A stretch of 62,184 bases of DNA, filler included, from Nitrospinota bacterium (GTDB lineage Bacteria > JAUXIQ01): the NCBI GenBank assembly GCA_030620925.1. It is 11 parts of 11 records of this genome, joined end to end, with 100 filler letters (N's around TTAATTAATTAA, not from the genome) between each part and the next. Parts side by side here need not be neighbours in the genome. Positions count along the whole stretch, not along the records: positions 23,502 to 34,058 come from JAUXIQ010000034.1; positions 34,159 to 37,496 come from JAUXIQ010000326.1; positions 37,597 to 41,632 come from JAUXIQ010000261.1; 8 more parts are not named here. One strand, given 5' to 3'. Of this stretch, positions 29,622 to 38,906 are shown one piece after another (position 1 is the first letter of the stretch; the number at the start of each line of letters is the position of its first letter). Below the pieces are notes generated by a model that was not told the DNA's origin, made no database searches, and saw only the letters and a program-made list of their open reading frames with translations. The translations under genes and the position numbers were made by a program.

Positions 29622-32495
29622 TTGCTCAAGAAGATACTCATAAAAGGGGCGAGAGAGAATAATTTAAAGAACATAGACCTTGAGCTCCCCAGAGGAAAGT
29701 TTATAGTCTTCACCGGCCTCAGCGGGTCGGGGAAATCATCCCTGGTCTTCGATACTATTTATGCGGAAGGCCACCGACGATACATCGAATCCCTCTCCAC
29801 CTATGCCAGGCAGTTCCTGGAGCGCGTGGACAAACCGGATGTAGACTACATAGAAGGCATTTCACCCGCCATCGCCTTCGAACAGAAGAACCCCGTCAAA
29901 CATTCCCGCTCCACAGTGGGCACCGCCACCGAAATTTACGACTACCTGCGTCTCCTCTTTTCCAAGGTGGGGAAAATAGAATGCCCCCGGTGCCTTAAGG
30001 AGGTTAAGGCAGACACCGTCAGTCAGTCAGTGGATACCCTCCTGCAAAAGCACCAGGAAGCCCGCATCTACATAACCTTCCCCTTTTACTATACCGACCG
30101 GGCGTCCGCACAACAGTTCCTGGATGACCTGCCGGCGCGCGGGTTTATACGGGTGATGACCGATGGGGAGGTTGGAGTCCTGAAGCCCAGAGGGCGGGAG
30201 GTTGGAGTCCTGAAGCCCGAAGGGCAAGAGGTTGGAGTCCCGCGTGTGGCGGGAAAGCCCAGAGGGCGGGAGGTCTATGATCTGTCCCAGGGCCGATACC
30301 CGCCACTCGATGGTGGTGGCCGGCTCCTGGTGGTGGTGGACAGGCTGATGGTTCGAGAGAGCGCCGCCACTCGTTTGGCCGATTCATTGGAGACCGCTTT
30401 CCGGGAGAGTAAAGGAGCGGCCGTGGTGCGCTTCGTTGACGGCCCCGACCTCCGCTTCAACCAGGAGTTCACCTGCAACGATTGCGGCAGTGAGTTCGAG
30501 CGGCCCACCCCCAACTTCTTTTCCTTCAACAGCCCCTATGGAGCATGTCAGGCCTGCGGCGGGTTCGGGAACATACTGGATTACGATCTGGACCTCATCA
30601 TCCCCGACAAAGATAAGAGCCTCGCCCAGGGCGCCATCGAGCCCTGGAACATGCGCAAATACAGATCGCATTTTCAGCGGGAATTGAGGAAACTGGCCGA
30701 GGCCAAGAAGGTGGACTTAAATAAACCCTACCGCAAGCTCAGCAAGCGCGCACAGAAGTTAGTCCTCTATGGTGCCAAGGGACATATAGGCGTGTTCCCC
30801 TTCTTTGAAAGGCTGGGAACTAAAAAATATAAGATGTTCATACGAGTGTTCACCCGGAAGTACAAATCGATCAAAGACTGCCATGAATGCGAGGGCACGA
30901 GGTTGCGGCGGGAGGCACTGTGGGTCAAGATCGGCGGCCGCACCATAGCTCAGGTCACCAGTATGACGGTGACCGAGGCCCGGGAGTTTTTCGCCGCTCT
31001 CAAGCTGTACCGTATGGAGCGTGAAATAGCCAGAGACGTACTGAAGGAAATAGAGTCCAGGCTCGAGTTCATGTACTACGTGGGCCTGGATTACCTCACC
31101 CTGGACCGCCTCACCCGCACCCTCTCCGGAGGGGAGGCCCAGCGAGTCAACCTGGCCAACCAGTTGGGAGCCAGACTCACAGGAACCCTCTACATCCTCG
31201 ATGAACCGACCGTCGGGCTGCACCCCAGGGATAACCGCCGACTGCTTGACATCCTCAAAAAACTGAGCGACGCCGGAAACACCGTCCTGGTGGTGGAGCA
31301 CGACCGGGAGGTGATCTCCACCGCCCAGCACCTGGTGGACATGGGGCCCGGCGCCGGTGCGCAGGGGGGACAGGTAGTCTACAGCGGCACCCTTAAAAAT
31401 TTTCTTAAAACGTGCGATTCACTCACCGCCGGACACCTCAAAGGCAAGCTAACCATACCCCTGCCCACCACGAGGAGGGAGACCAACGGCCGGTATCTGT
31501 CCATTAAAGGCGCAAAAGAGAACAACCTCAAGGGCATCAACGTCCGCATACCCTTAAACACCTTCACCTGCGTCACTGGAGTCTCCGGAGCGGGCAAGAG
31601 CACCCTCATCCACGATACGCTCTACAGAGCGCTCGATCGCATCTACCATCCTTCAGGGGAGCGGACGGGCATGTTCGACGTTATCACCGGCTTCGGATGG
31701 CTCCGGGACGTAGCGCTCCTGGACCAGCAGCCCATCGGCAAGACCCCCCGCTCAAACCCCATCACCTACATCAAGAGCTACGACGCGGTGCGAAAGCTCT
31801 TCTCCGAAACGCCCGGCGCCCGAAGGCAGGGTTACGAGCCTCGACATTTTTCTTTCAACGTGACGGGTGGCCGCTGCCCGGAATGCGACGGCAACGGGCA
31901 CCAGAAAATCGAGATGCACTTCATGGCCGATATATTCGTTCGCTGCGAGGAATGCCAGGGCAGCAGGTTCAAGCGGGAGGTGCTGGAAATAAAATACAAG
32001 GGCCTCAACATAAAGCAGGTGCTGGACCTGACGGTGGACCAGGCGCTGGAATTTTTCACCGGCCCCAATCAGCTTATGGAAAAGCTGGCCCTGTTTCAAG
32101 AGGTGGGTCTGGGCTATCTGAGGCTGGGGCAGCCCGCCACCACCCTCTCCGGCGGCGAGGCCCAGCGCCTGAAGATAGCCGCCGAGCTGAGCAGCAAGAA
32201 ATCCAAAGGCGTCCTCTACATCCTGGACGAGCCCACTACCGGTCTCCATTTCGAGGACGTCAAAAAACTCCTGGCCGTCTTGAACAGTCTGGTGGACCGG
32301 GGGAACACCGTCCTGGTGGTGGAGCACAACCTCGACGTAATAAAGACCGCCGATTACATCCTCGACCTGGGGCCGGAAGGAGGCGAACAGGGGGGCTACC
32401 TCGTGGCCGAAGGGACCCCCGAGCATCTGGCCCAGGTGGAGGCCTCGCATACCGGCCGCTTCCTCAAGGAACTTCTCCAAAAAGAAAGTATTTAA
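29622..32495 (+). CDS. uvrA: Excinuclease ABC subunit A with a 34-aa repeat-derived insertion
   Basis: GARENNLKNI, GLSGSGKSS, two LSGGEAQR signatures, zinc fingers. Confidence 0.95.
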   Translation: MLKKILIKGARENNLKNIDLELPRGKFIVFTGLSGSGKSSLVFDTIYAEGHRRYIESLSTYARQFLERVDKPDVDYIEGISPAIAFEQKNPVKHSRSTVGTATEIYDYLRLLFSKVGKIECPRCLKEVKADTVSQSVDTLLQKHQEARIYITFPFYYTDRASAQQFLDDLPARGFIRVMTDGEVGVLKPRGREVGVLKPEGQEVGVPRVAGKPRGREVYDLSQGRYPPLDGGGRLLVVVDRLMVRESAATRLADSLETAFRESKGAAVVRFVDGPDLRFNQEFTCNDCGSEFERPTPNFFSFNSPYGACQACGGFGNILDYDLDLIIPDKDKSLAQGAIEPWNMRKYRSHFQRELRKLAEAKKVDLNKPYRKLSKRAQKLVLYGAKGHIGVFPFFERLGTKKYKMFIRVFTRKYKSIKDCHECEGTRLRREALWVKIGGRTIAQVTSMTVTEAREFFAALKLYRMEREIARDVLKEIESRLEFMYYVGLDYLTLDRLTRTLSGGEAQRVNLANQLGARLTGTLYILDEPTVGLHPRDNRRLLDILKKLSDAGNTVLVVEHDREVISTAQHLVDMGPGAGAQGGQVVYSGTLKNFLKTCDSLTAGHLKGKLTIPLPTTRRETNGRYLSIKGAKENNLKGINVRIPLNTFTCVTGVSGAGKSTLIHDTLYRALDRIYHPSGERTGMFDVITGFGWLRDVALLDQQPIGKTPRSNPITYIKSYDAVRKLFSETPGARRQGYEPRHFSFNVTGGRCPECDGNGHQKIEMHFMADIFVRCEECQGSRFKREVLEIKYKGLNIKQVLDLTVDQALEFFTGPNQLMEKLALFQEVGLGYLRLGQPATTLSGGEAQRLKIAAELSSKKSKGVLYILDEPTTGLHFEDVKKLLAVLNSLVDRGNTVLVVEHNLDVIKTADYILDLGPEGGEQGGYLVAEGTPEHLAQVEASHTGRFLKELLQKESI
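30168..30269 (+). repeat. Three tandem hairpin-bearing repeat units (30+30+42 bp) inside uvrA
   Basis: GAGGTTGGAGTCCTGAAGCCCAGAGGGCGG-type unit x2; third unit expanded by a palindrome. Confidence 0.9.
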
Positions 32496-32535
32496 CCACA
32501 AAGACACGATAATATGGAACCACGGATGAACACCG

Positions 32536-32901
32536 ATAAGCACAGATGAAACCCAATTAAATCGAATTACCGAGAAGATAATCGGCTGTGCATACACTGT
32601 GAGCAATGGGTTGGGCACAGGCTTCCTGGAGAAGGTTTATGAGAATGCACCTTAAAAAGGAAGGCCTCAAGGCGGCCCAGCAGCATAGCATTCAGGTCGT
32701 TTACGACGGCATTGTCGTTGGCGATTATGTTGCGGATTTATTGGTTGAAGAACTTGTTCTTGTGGAGCTGAAAGCAGTCAAAGAGCTGGATGAGGTCCTC
32801 TCGCCCAATGCCTGAATTATTTGAAGGCATCCGATTTTCGTATTTGTCTGCTGCTGAATTTCGGCAAGCCTAAGGTTGAGATTAACCGCATCATTACTTA
32901 A
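32536..32901 (+). pseudogene. GxxExxY-family (PD-(D/E)XK-like) pseudogene
   Basis: ITEKIIGCAYTVSNGLGTGFLEKVYENA, frameshift near 32650, ADLLVEELVLVELKAV, frameshift near 32800, AQCLNYLKAS...LLLNFG; start codon degenerate. Confidence 0.85.
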
Positions 32902-32918
32902 CTTAACATTTTATAAGT

Positions 32919-33056
32919 ATTTGTGTCTATCCGTGTTCATCTGTGTTCATCTGTGGTTAAATATGTTCATCCGTGGTTCCTATTCCGTGTTCATTTGTGT
33001 TCATCTGTGGTTCCTATTTCCTGTTTATCCGTGTTCATCCGTGTTCATCTGTGGTT
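32919..33056. repeat. Tandem ATC(C/T)GTGTTC / ATCTGTGGTT repeats; inverted copy at 32518-32547
   Basis: Several ATCCGTGTTCATCTGTGGTT-like units directly visible. Confidence 0.85.
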
Positions 33057-33201
33057 CTAAATCCTTTTTTCAAATTGACGTTGATTAAACCAATCAAATG
33101 TGAGACAAATATTGTGTTCGGTTAATAGCGCCGGCTCCGGAGCCCTACAGGGGCTCTGTTTTTATGGAATCAAAGAAAATAGTTGCCGTCGGGAGGAGAG
33201 A

Positions 33202-34058
33202 ATGCAGAATCGGGCTGTCGCCAACCGTAAAAAGGCGGGAAGGAAAACCGGAGCCGGAAAACCGGCCCTGGAATATATCTTTCATCCGGGTTCAATAGCC
33301 ATCATAGGGGCTTCCCCCAACCCCAGGAACCAGTCCAATATGTTCCAGCGGGAGTTCAAGGAATTCGGCTTCAAGGGGGATGTCTACCTGGTCAATCCCG
33401 GGTATCGGGAGGTTCTGGGCCAGCCCGTGTATCCCTCGCTGTCCGACGTGCCGGGCGACGTGGATCACGTCATCTCATGCGTGCCCGCGAGTTTGGTGCC
33501 GGAGCTGGTAGAGCAGTGCATAGAAAAGAAAGTCAAGGTGCTGCATCTCTATACGGGCCGCATGGCCGAGGCGCGCCTGGCGGAGAAGAGGAAAATGCAG
33601 GAGGACGTGGTAGCCAGGGCCCGGTCGGCGGGCATACGCGTCATCGGCCCCAACTGCATGGGCCTCTATTACGCACCTGAAGGGTTGACCTTCCGCCTGT
33701 CGCTCCCCAAAGAGATGGGAACGATGGGTTTCATGTCCCAGAGCGGGGGCATGTGCGCCGACCTGGTCTACAAGGGCTGCGGCCGGGGGCTGAAGTTCAG
33801 CAAGGTCATAAGCTACGGCAACGCATCAGACCTCAATGAGTGCGACTTCCTGGAATATTTCATGGAAGACCCCGAAACCGAAGTCATCGCCGCTTATATA
33901 GAAGGCGTTAGGGGTGGGAAGAAGTTTTTCAAGCTGGCCCGGGAAGCGGCCAGGCGAAAACCGCTGCTCATTCTCAAAGGCGGCCGCACAGACGCCGGAA
34001 AACGGGCCGTGGCCTCGCATACAGCCTCTCTGGCGGGGGTGGACAACGTTTGGGACGC
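33202..34058 (+). CDS. ADP-forming acyl-CoA synthetase alpha/CoA-binding protein (3'-truncated)
   Basis: IAIIGAS, IGPNCMG, SQSGG, SYGN, ASHTASLAG. Confidence 0.88.
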
Positions 34059-34158
34059 NNNNNNNNNNNNNNNNNNNNNNNNNNNNNNNNNNNNNNNNNN
34101 NNTTAATTAATTAANNNNNNNNNNNNNNNNNNNNNNNNNNNNNNNNNNNNNNNNNNNN

Positions 34159-34341
34159 GTGCTCCTCCAGGACGGCGTTTACCTCGATACCACCCAGCTA
34201 TCGGGAGCAGAGGTCTACGCCATATCAGAGGACATCGAAAAGAGGGGTCTTCAGGAGATTGTCCCGTCCTCGGTGAAGAGGATAGGCTACGACGAACTGG
34301 TGGACCTCATCGTGGATAACAAGGTCTATAATTTCGCTTAA
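34159..34341 (+). CDS. DsrH/TusB-like sulfur-relay protein (5'-truncated)
   Basis: LLQDGVY...EDIEKRGL...IGYDELVDLI. Confidence 0.8.
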   Translation: MLLQDGVYLDTTQLSGAEVYAISEDIEKRGLQEIVPSSVKRIGYDELVDLIVDNKVYNFA

Positions 34342-34368
34342 CCGAAAAGCGGGGGAGGGTCGCCAACC

Positions 34369-34617
34369 ATGTCTCTAAGAGAAGCACGGATCGCAAAGAC
34401 GGTGGACATCAAGGGCAGGATTTGCCCCTACACCATCATCGATACCAGGGATGCGCTGAAAACGGTAAATAACGGTGATGTAATCGAAGTGCTGGTGGAC
34501 TACGAACCGGCCGCCCTGGTGACCATCCCCAACTTTTGCGATAAGAAAAACTACCCAATGGAAACGGTGGAAGAAGAGGGCACTTGGCGGTTGTATATCA
34601 AGAAGGAAGAAGATTAA
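34369..34617 (+). CDS. tusA: TusA-family sulfur carrier
   Basis: VDIKGRICPYT motif, 82 aa. Confidence 0.85.
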   Translation: MSLREARIAKTVDIKGRICPYTIIDTRDALKTVNNGDVIEVLVDYEPAALVTIPNFCDKKNYPMETVEEEGTWRLYIKKEED

Positions 34618-34620
34618 ACC

Positions 34621-36207
34621 ATGACCGCCTGGCGCTTGTTGGATACCGGCGCCCGCAGCGCCGCAGAAAACATGGCCCTGGACGACGCCCTGCTCAAAGC
34701 CAGAAGCGGGGGGGCCGTGCCCAACACGCTGCGGTTCCTGCAGTTCTCTCCCCCCGCGGTGCTGGTGGGTTACCACCAGGATGTTGAGCAGGAGGTCAGG
34801 GAAAATTACTGCCGCGACCGGGGAATAGATATAAACCGCCGCCTCACCGGCGGCGGCACTATCTACTTCGACCGGTCGCAGCTGGGTTGGGAGCTCATAG
34901 CCTCCAAGGAAGATTTCGGCCTGGGCCGCGTCCTCTTCCCATTTTTCGAAAAGATATGCGGGGCCCTCATCGCGGCGCTGGCCGAGCTCGGTATCCATGC
35001 GCAATACCGCTTCAAGAACGACATCGAGGTGGGTGGAAGGAAGATATCGGGTACGGGAGGCGTGGAGGAGGCTGACGCCTTCCTCTTCCAGGGCACACTG
35101 CTCATGGATTTCGACGTGGAGTCCATGCTCTACGCCTTGCGGGTGCCCACCGAGAAGCTCAAGGCCAAAGAGATAAGCTCCGCCCGGGATCGGGTGACCT
35201 GCCTCAAGAACGAGCTGGGCCGGCTCCCGTCACTGGACGACGTTAAAGCGGCTATCGCACGGGGTTTCAGCAAAACTTTCGGGGTGGAGTTGGAGACCGG
35301 AGGTCTTCATCCCCTGGAAGAAGAACTTTTCAGAGAACACCTGGACTACTACACCTCGGAGGACTGGGTTTACGCGCAGGCCGCTCCCTCCGGAGGGCAA
35401 CTGACGCTCCGTTCCGCTCGGAATACCCCCGGCGGGCTCGTTCGCACCGCCGTCTCTTACGACCCGGAGAAGGAACGGCTCAACAGCGTCCTCATTACCG
35501 GGGATTTCTTCGCTTTCCCCGCCCGCACCATCTACGATCTCGAGGTCTACCTCAAAGGGACCCCCAGGGATACGATCGCGGAACGCATCAGGGAATTTTT
35601 CAATACCACCGATTGCCAGGTGCCCGGCGTCCCACCCGACCAGTTCGCCGCAGCCATCGACCAGGCCCTGATCAAAGCCGACTATATGGGAATGGGCCTC
35701 CTCCATCACGAGGCGGACGCCGTTTTCACCATCAATACGAAACTCGACGAAATAGCGCGAATTAATACCCTGCTTATACCATACTGCTCAAAACCGACGG
35801 ACTGTGAGTTCAGGAACGAAAAAACCTGCAGCTTGTGCGGGGGATGCGGGGTGGGCGAGCTGTACGCAACGGCCCAACGTCACGGGGTGGAGCCGGTCTC
35901 CATCGTTAACTTCGAAGACCTGATGGCTACCCTGAGAAAACTCGAAAACAGAAAGGCCGGCCCCTACCTGGGGAGCTGCTGCGAGGCGTTCTTCATCAAA
36001 CACGAGGAGGACTTCAGGTCCATCGACCTGCCCGGCGTACTGGTGGATATAGACAGCTCCACCTGCTACGACCTGGGCCTTGAGCGGGAAGCCAAACGAG
36101 GGACTTTCGAAAACCAGACCCGGCTCAAGACGGAGCTGATAGCCAAACTCCTTCAACTTAAAGGGGGCTCGAGGGCCGAATCGCCATGGGTGCAACGCGC
36201 GACCTGA
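34621..36207 (+). CDS. Lipoate-protein ligase (sLpl(AB)-like) with Cys-rich DUF116-like C-terminal domain
   Basis: NMALD, RRLTGGGTIY, NDIEVGGRKISGTG, ITGDFF; PYCSKP..C..C..C..C, GSCC. Confidence 0.85.
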   Translation: MTAWRLLDTGARSAAENMALDDALLKARSGGAVPNTLRFLQFSPPAVLVGYHQDVEQEVRENYCRDRGIDINRRLTGGGTIYFDRSQLGWELIASKEDFGLGRVLFPFFEKICGALIAALAELGIHAQYRFKNDIEVGGRKISGTGGVEEADAFLFQGTLLMDFDVESMLYALRVPTEKLKAKEISSARDRVTCLKNELGRLPSLDDVKAAIARGFSKTFGVELETGGLHPLEEELFREHLDYYTSEDWVYAQAAPSGGQLTLRSARNTPGGLVRTAVSYDPEKERLNSVLITGDFFAFPARTIYDLEVYLKGTPRDTIAERIREFFNTTDCQVPGVPPDQFAAAIDQALIKADYMGMGLLHHEADAVFTINTKLDEIARINTLLIPYCSKPTDCEFRNEKTCSLCGGCGVGELYATAQRHGVEPVSIVNFEDLMATLRKLENRKAGPYLGSCCEAFFIKHEEDFRSIDLPGVLVDIDSSTCYDLGLEREAKRGTFENQTRLKTELIAKLLQLKGGSRAESPWVQRAT

Positions 36208-37247
36208 TAGTTATAGGCTGTGGACCGGCAGGCGCCTCGGCGGCGCTGGCAGCCGCCCGACGGGGGTTGGACGTACTCGTCCTGGAAAAGAAGAGCGCCG
36301 TGGGGAGCCCCGTGCGCTGCGGCGAATACGTCCCGGCGCTGATCCTGAAAGACATCCCGCAGGTGGACGGTTTCGTTGCGCAAGCCGCTCAAGGACTGGA
36401 GGTATCCCTCCCCTCAGGGGAAGTATTGAGGGCGTCATCGCCGGGCCTGATGATAGAGCGGGACCGGTTCGACAGGGCCCTGGCTCAGGCGGCAGTGGAT
36501 GCGGGAGCGGAAATCATCACCTCTGCACAGGTTACCGGGATATTGAACGATAGAGTGCGTGTAACTCTCCGCGGCGAAGAGATCAGTTGCCGGGGAAGGG
36601 TCATCATAGGGGCCGACGGACCCCGTTCCCTGGCGGCGCATGCCGTGGGTGCGGGAAACGGCTCACTGGCCGTCGGTCTCCAGGAACGCCTCCCGCTTAC
36701 ACGGAGTCTTGACCATGCGTTAATCTATTACCATCACCGATACGAAGGGGGATACGCCTGGGTGTTTCCCAGAGGCGCACTGGCCAACGTGGGGCTCGCC
36801 CTGGACCGCAGGCAGAGTAAAAACCTCCAGGCTCTCTACAGGGATTTTAAACGCTGCCTTATAAAAAAGGACATCATATCATCAGAACACCCGGTATACA
36901 AAACCTGCGGCCTGATACCCGCTGCGGGGTTGAATGAAAAAGCCCAGGCCGGAAACCTGCTGCTGGCGGGAGATGCGGCGGGAACCACAAACCCCCTGAC
37001 CGGTGCGGGAATCTCCCCCGCGGTCATTAGCGGGAAGCTTGCAGGCGAACTGGCCGCCGAAGCGGTGAATAGCGGCGATTTATCGATTCTGAACGTTTAC
37101 CGGGAAGAATGTGCGATGGCACTTCCCCTGGAAAGGACCACCATCATAAAAAAAGAAATCGATTCCTACTGGGGCACACCCCGCGGCGACGCCCTGTTGA
37201 AAAACTACTGGGATGGTTTTAAATCGCAGACGGACTGGGGAAATTGA
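36186..37247 (+). CDS. Geranylgeranyl-reductase-family flavoprotein (LipT-like by context)
   Basis: GCGPAG, VRCGE, GADG, YAWVFP, GDAAG..NPLTGAGI. Confidence 0.82.
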   Translation: MGATRDLIVIGCGPAGASAALAAARRGLDVLVLEKKSAVGSPVRCGEYVPALILKDIPQVDGFVAQAAQGLEVSLPSGEVLRASSPGLMIERDRFDRALAQAAVDAGAEIITSAQVTGILNDRVRVTLRGEEISCRGRVIIGADGPRSLAAHAVGAGNGSLAVGLQERLPLTRSLDHALIYYHHRYEGGYAWVFPRGALANVGLALDRRQSKNLQALYRDFKRCLIKKDIISSEHPVYKTCGLIPAAGLNEKAQAGNLLLAGDAAGTTNPLTGAGISPAVISGKLAGELAAEAVNSGDLSILNVYREECAMALPLERTTIIKKEIDSYWGTPRGDALLKNYWDGFKSQTDWGN

Positions 37248-37491
37248 AGGAACCTTTGAAAAAGGTTCCTTCAGGGACACCCCGGGGGAAACCTTTCTGG
37301 AGAAAGGGTTCCCCCGTACCCCCTTCCCAAGACTTTTGTGACTGGTAAAACTTAAACGTGTCTTTAAATAACTCATATATACGAAATAAAGGCATATCAA
37401 ACGGAAAAGTTTTAAAAGTACTTGATTGAACCTTATTACAATAAGGTTCAATCAGGCGCTCCGGAGTAGCCAGCCCTGGCTGGCTACTCCG
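37245..37491. repeat. Cluster of four long palindromes at a contig end
   Basis: Hairpins at 37245-37273, 37284-37315, 37423-37454 and 37462-37491. Confidence 0.7.
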
Positions 37492-37596
37492 TGACANNNN
37501 NNNNNNNNNNNNNNNNNNNNNNNNNNNNNNNNNNNNNNNNTTAATTAATTAANNNNNNNNNNNNNNNNNNNNNNNNNNNNNNNNNNNNNNNNNNNN

Positions 37597-38168
37597 AGAA
37601 AATTGAAAAAGTCTACAAAGCCGACGAATACTCGGCCATCGCCATAGCCGGGGCGGCCGGGCCCTGCATGGAAATGGTCAAGCTCTTTCAGACCGAACTC
37701 GAGCATTATGAGAAACTGGAGGGCGAGACGCTGGCCATAGAAGGGAAGGCCAACAAGCTTGCCCAGATGGTGAACACCAACCTCCCGGCGGCCCTCTACG
37801 GGTTGGTGGTTATCCCCATATTCGCCGGCTTCGACGTAAAGAAAGGCGACGGACGAATCTTCAGGTATGACATCACGGGAGGCAGATACGAGGAAGAAGA
37901 GTTCTTCGCCACCGGCTCCGGCGGCAAAGACGCCAGAAATTCCCTCAAAAAATTGTACCGGAAAGGCTTATCCGGAAATGAGGCGGTCAAAATAGCGCTG
38001 GAGGCCTTGTTCGACGCTGCCGAAGAAGATTTAGGCACAGGAGGACCCGACCTGATCAGGGGGATTTTTCCAATAACCAAAACCGTAACCGAAAAAGGAG
38101 TGCTGGATGTTCCCGAGTCGGAGATCAGGGAACATTGCCAGACCATCCTGGACTCAAGACGGGTATGA
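37597..38168 (+). CDS. prcB: 20S proteasome beta subunit (5'-truncated)
   Basis: IEKVYKADEYSAIAIAGAAG, ELEHYEKLEG, GSGG..AR, AAEEDLGTGGPD. Confidence 0.93.
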
Positions 38169-38172
38169 ACCG

Positions 38173-38862
38173 ATGAGCATGCCATTTTACGTAGCACCGG
38201 AGCAGCTTGTACAGGATAAGGCGGAGTATGCCCGAAAAGGCATCGCCAAGGGCAAGTCCATCGTAGCCATGGAATACGTGGACGGACTAATGATGGTCGC
38301 CGTCAATCCCAGCACATACCTCAACAAAATCTCCGAAATCTACGACCAGATAGCCTTCGCCGGAGTGGGAAAATTCAGCGAGTTTGAAAACCTGCGCAAA
38401 GCCGGCATACGCTACGCCGACCTCAAGGGGTATACCTACAGCCGCGAAGACGTTACCGTTAAATCTCTGGCCAACGCCTTTTCCGAAGCCGTGGGCAACA
38501 TCTTCGTGCGCGACATTAAACCCCTTGAAGTGGAAATAATTGTCCTGGAGGTGGGACCGACTTCAGAAGGCAACGTGATCTACCGGGTACAATTCGACGG
38601 AGCCATAAGCGACCACAGAGACTTCGCCGTAATCGGAGGCCAGTCAGACCGCATCGAAGCCTATCTGAAGAACAACTACCGCCCGAACCTCTCCGCCCGG
38701 GAGACCCTGAAACTTAGCGTCCAAGGGCTGGAAACCGCTGAAGACAACGCCATCGAGTCTCAGGGCCTGGAAGTGGGGGTGCTGGATAGAAATTTTCCGG
38801 GCAGAAAATTCAGAAGGTTCACCAGCCAGGAAACGACTTCTACGCTCTCGAACGATGCGTGA
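38173..38862 (+). CDS. prcA: 20S proteasome alpha subunit
   Basis: MPFYVAPEQLVQDKAEYARKGIAKG, KISEIYD, YSREDVT. Confidence 0.95.
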   Translation: MSMPFYVAPEQLVQDKAEYARKGIAKGKSIVAMEYVDGLMMVAVNPSTYLNKISEIYDQIAFAGVGKFSEFENLRKAGIRYADLKGYTYSREDVTVKSLANAFSEAVGNIFVRDIKPLEVEIIVLEVGPTSEGNVIYRVQFDGAISDHRDFAVIGGQSDRIEAYLKNNYRPNLSARETLKLSVQGLETAEDNAIESQGLEVGVLDRNFPGRKFRRFTSQETTSTLSNDA

Positions 38863-38906
38863 TCCCCAAAGAGCGAGTAGCTACGCACTATGAGTAAAGG
38901 CACGCC

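Noticed and set aside
30168-30269. uvrA repeats as a CRISPR array
   Set aside because: Units are directly tandem with no unique spacers, lie in frame in a CDS, and no cas genes are present.
28482-32495. Functional link between the diguanylate cyclase and uvrA (33-bp gap)
   Set aside because: Adjacency alone; no SOS box or other supporting evidence seen.
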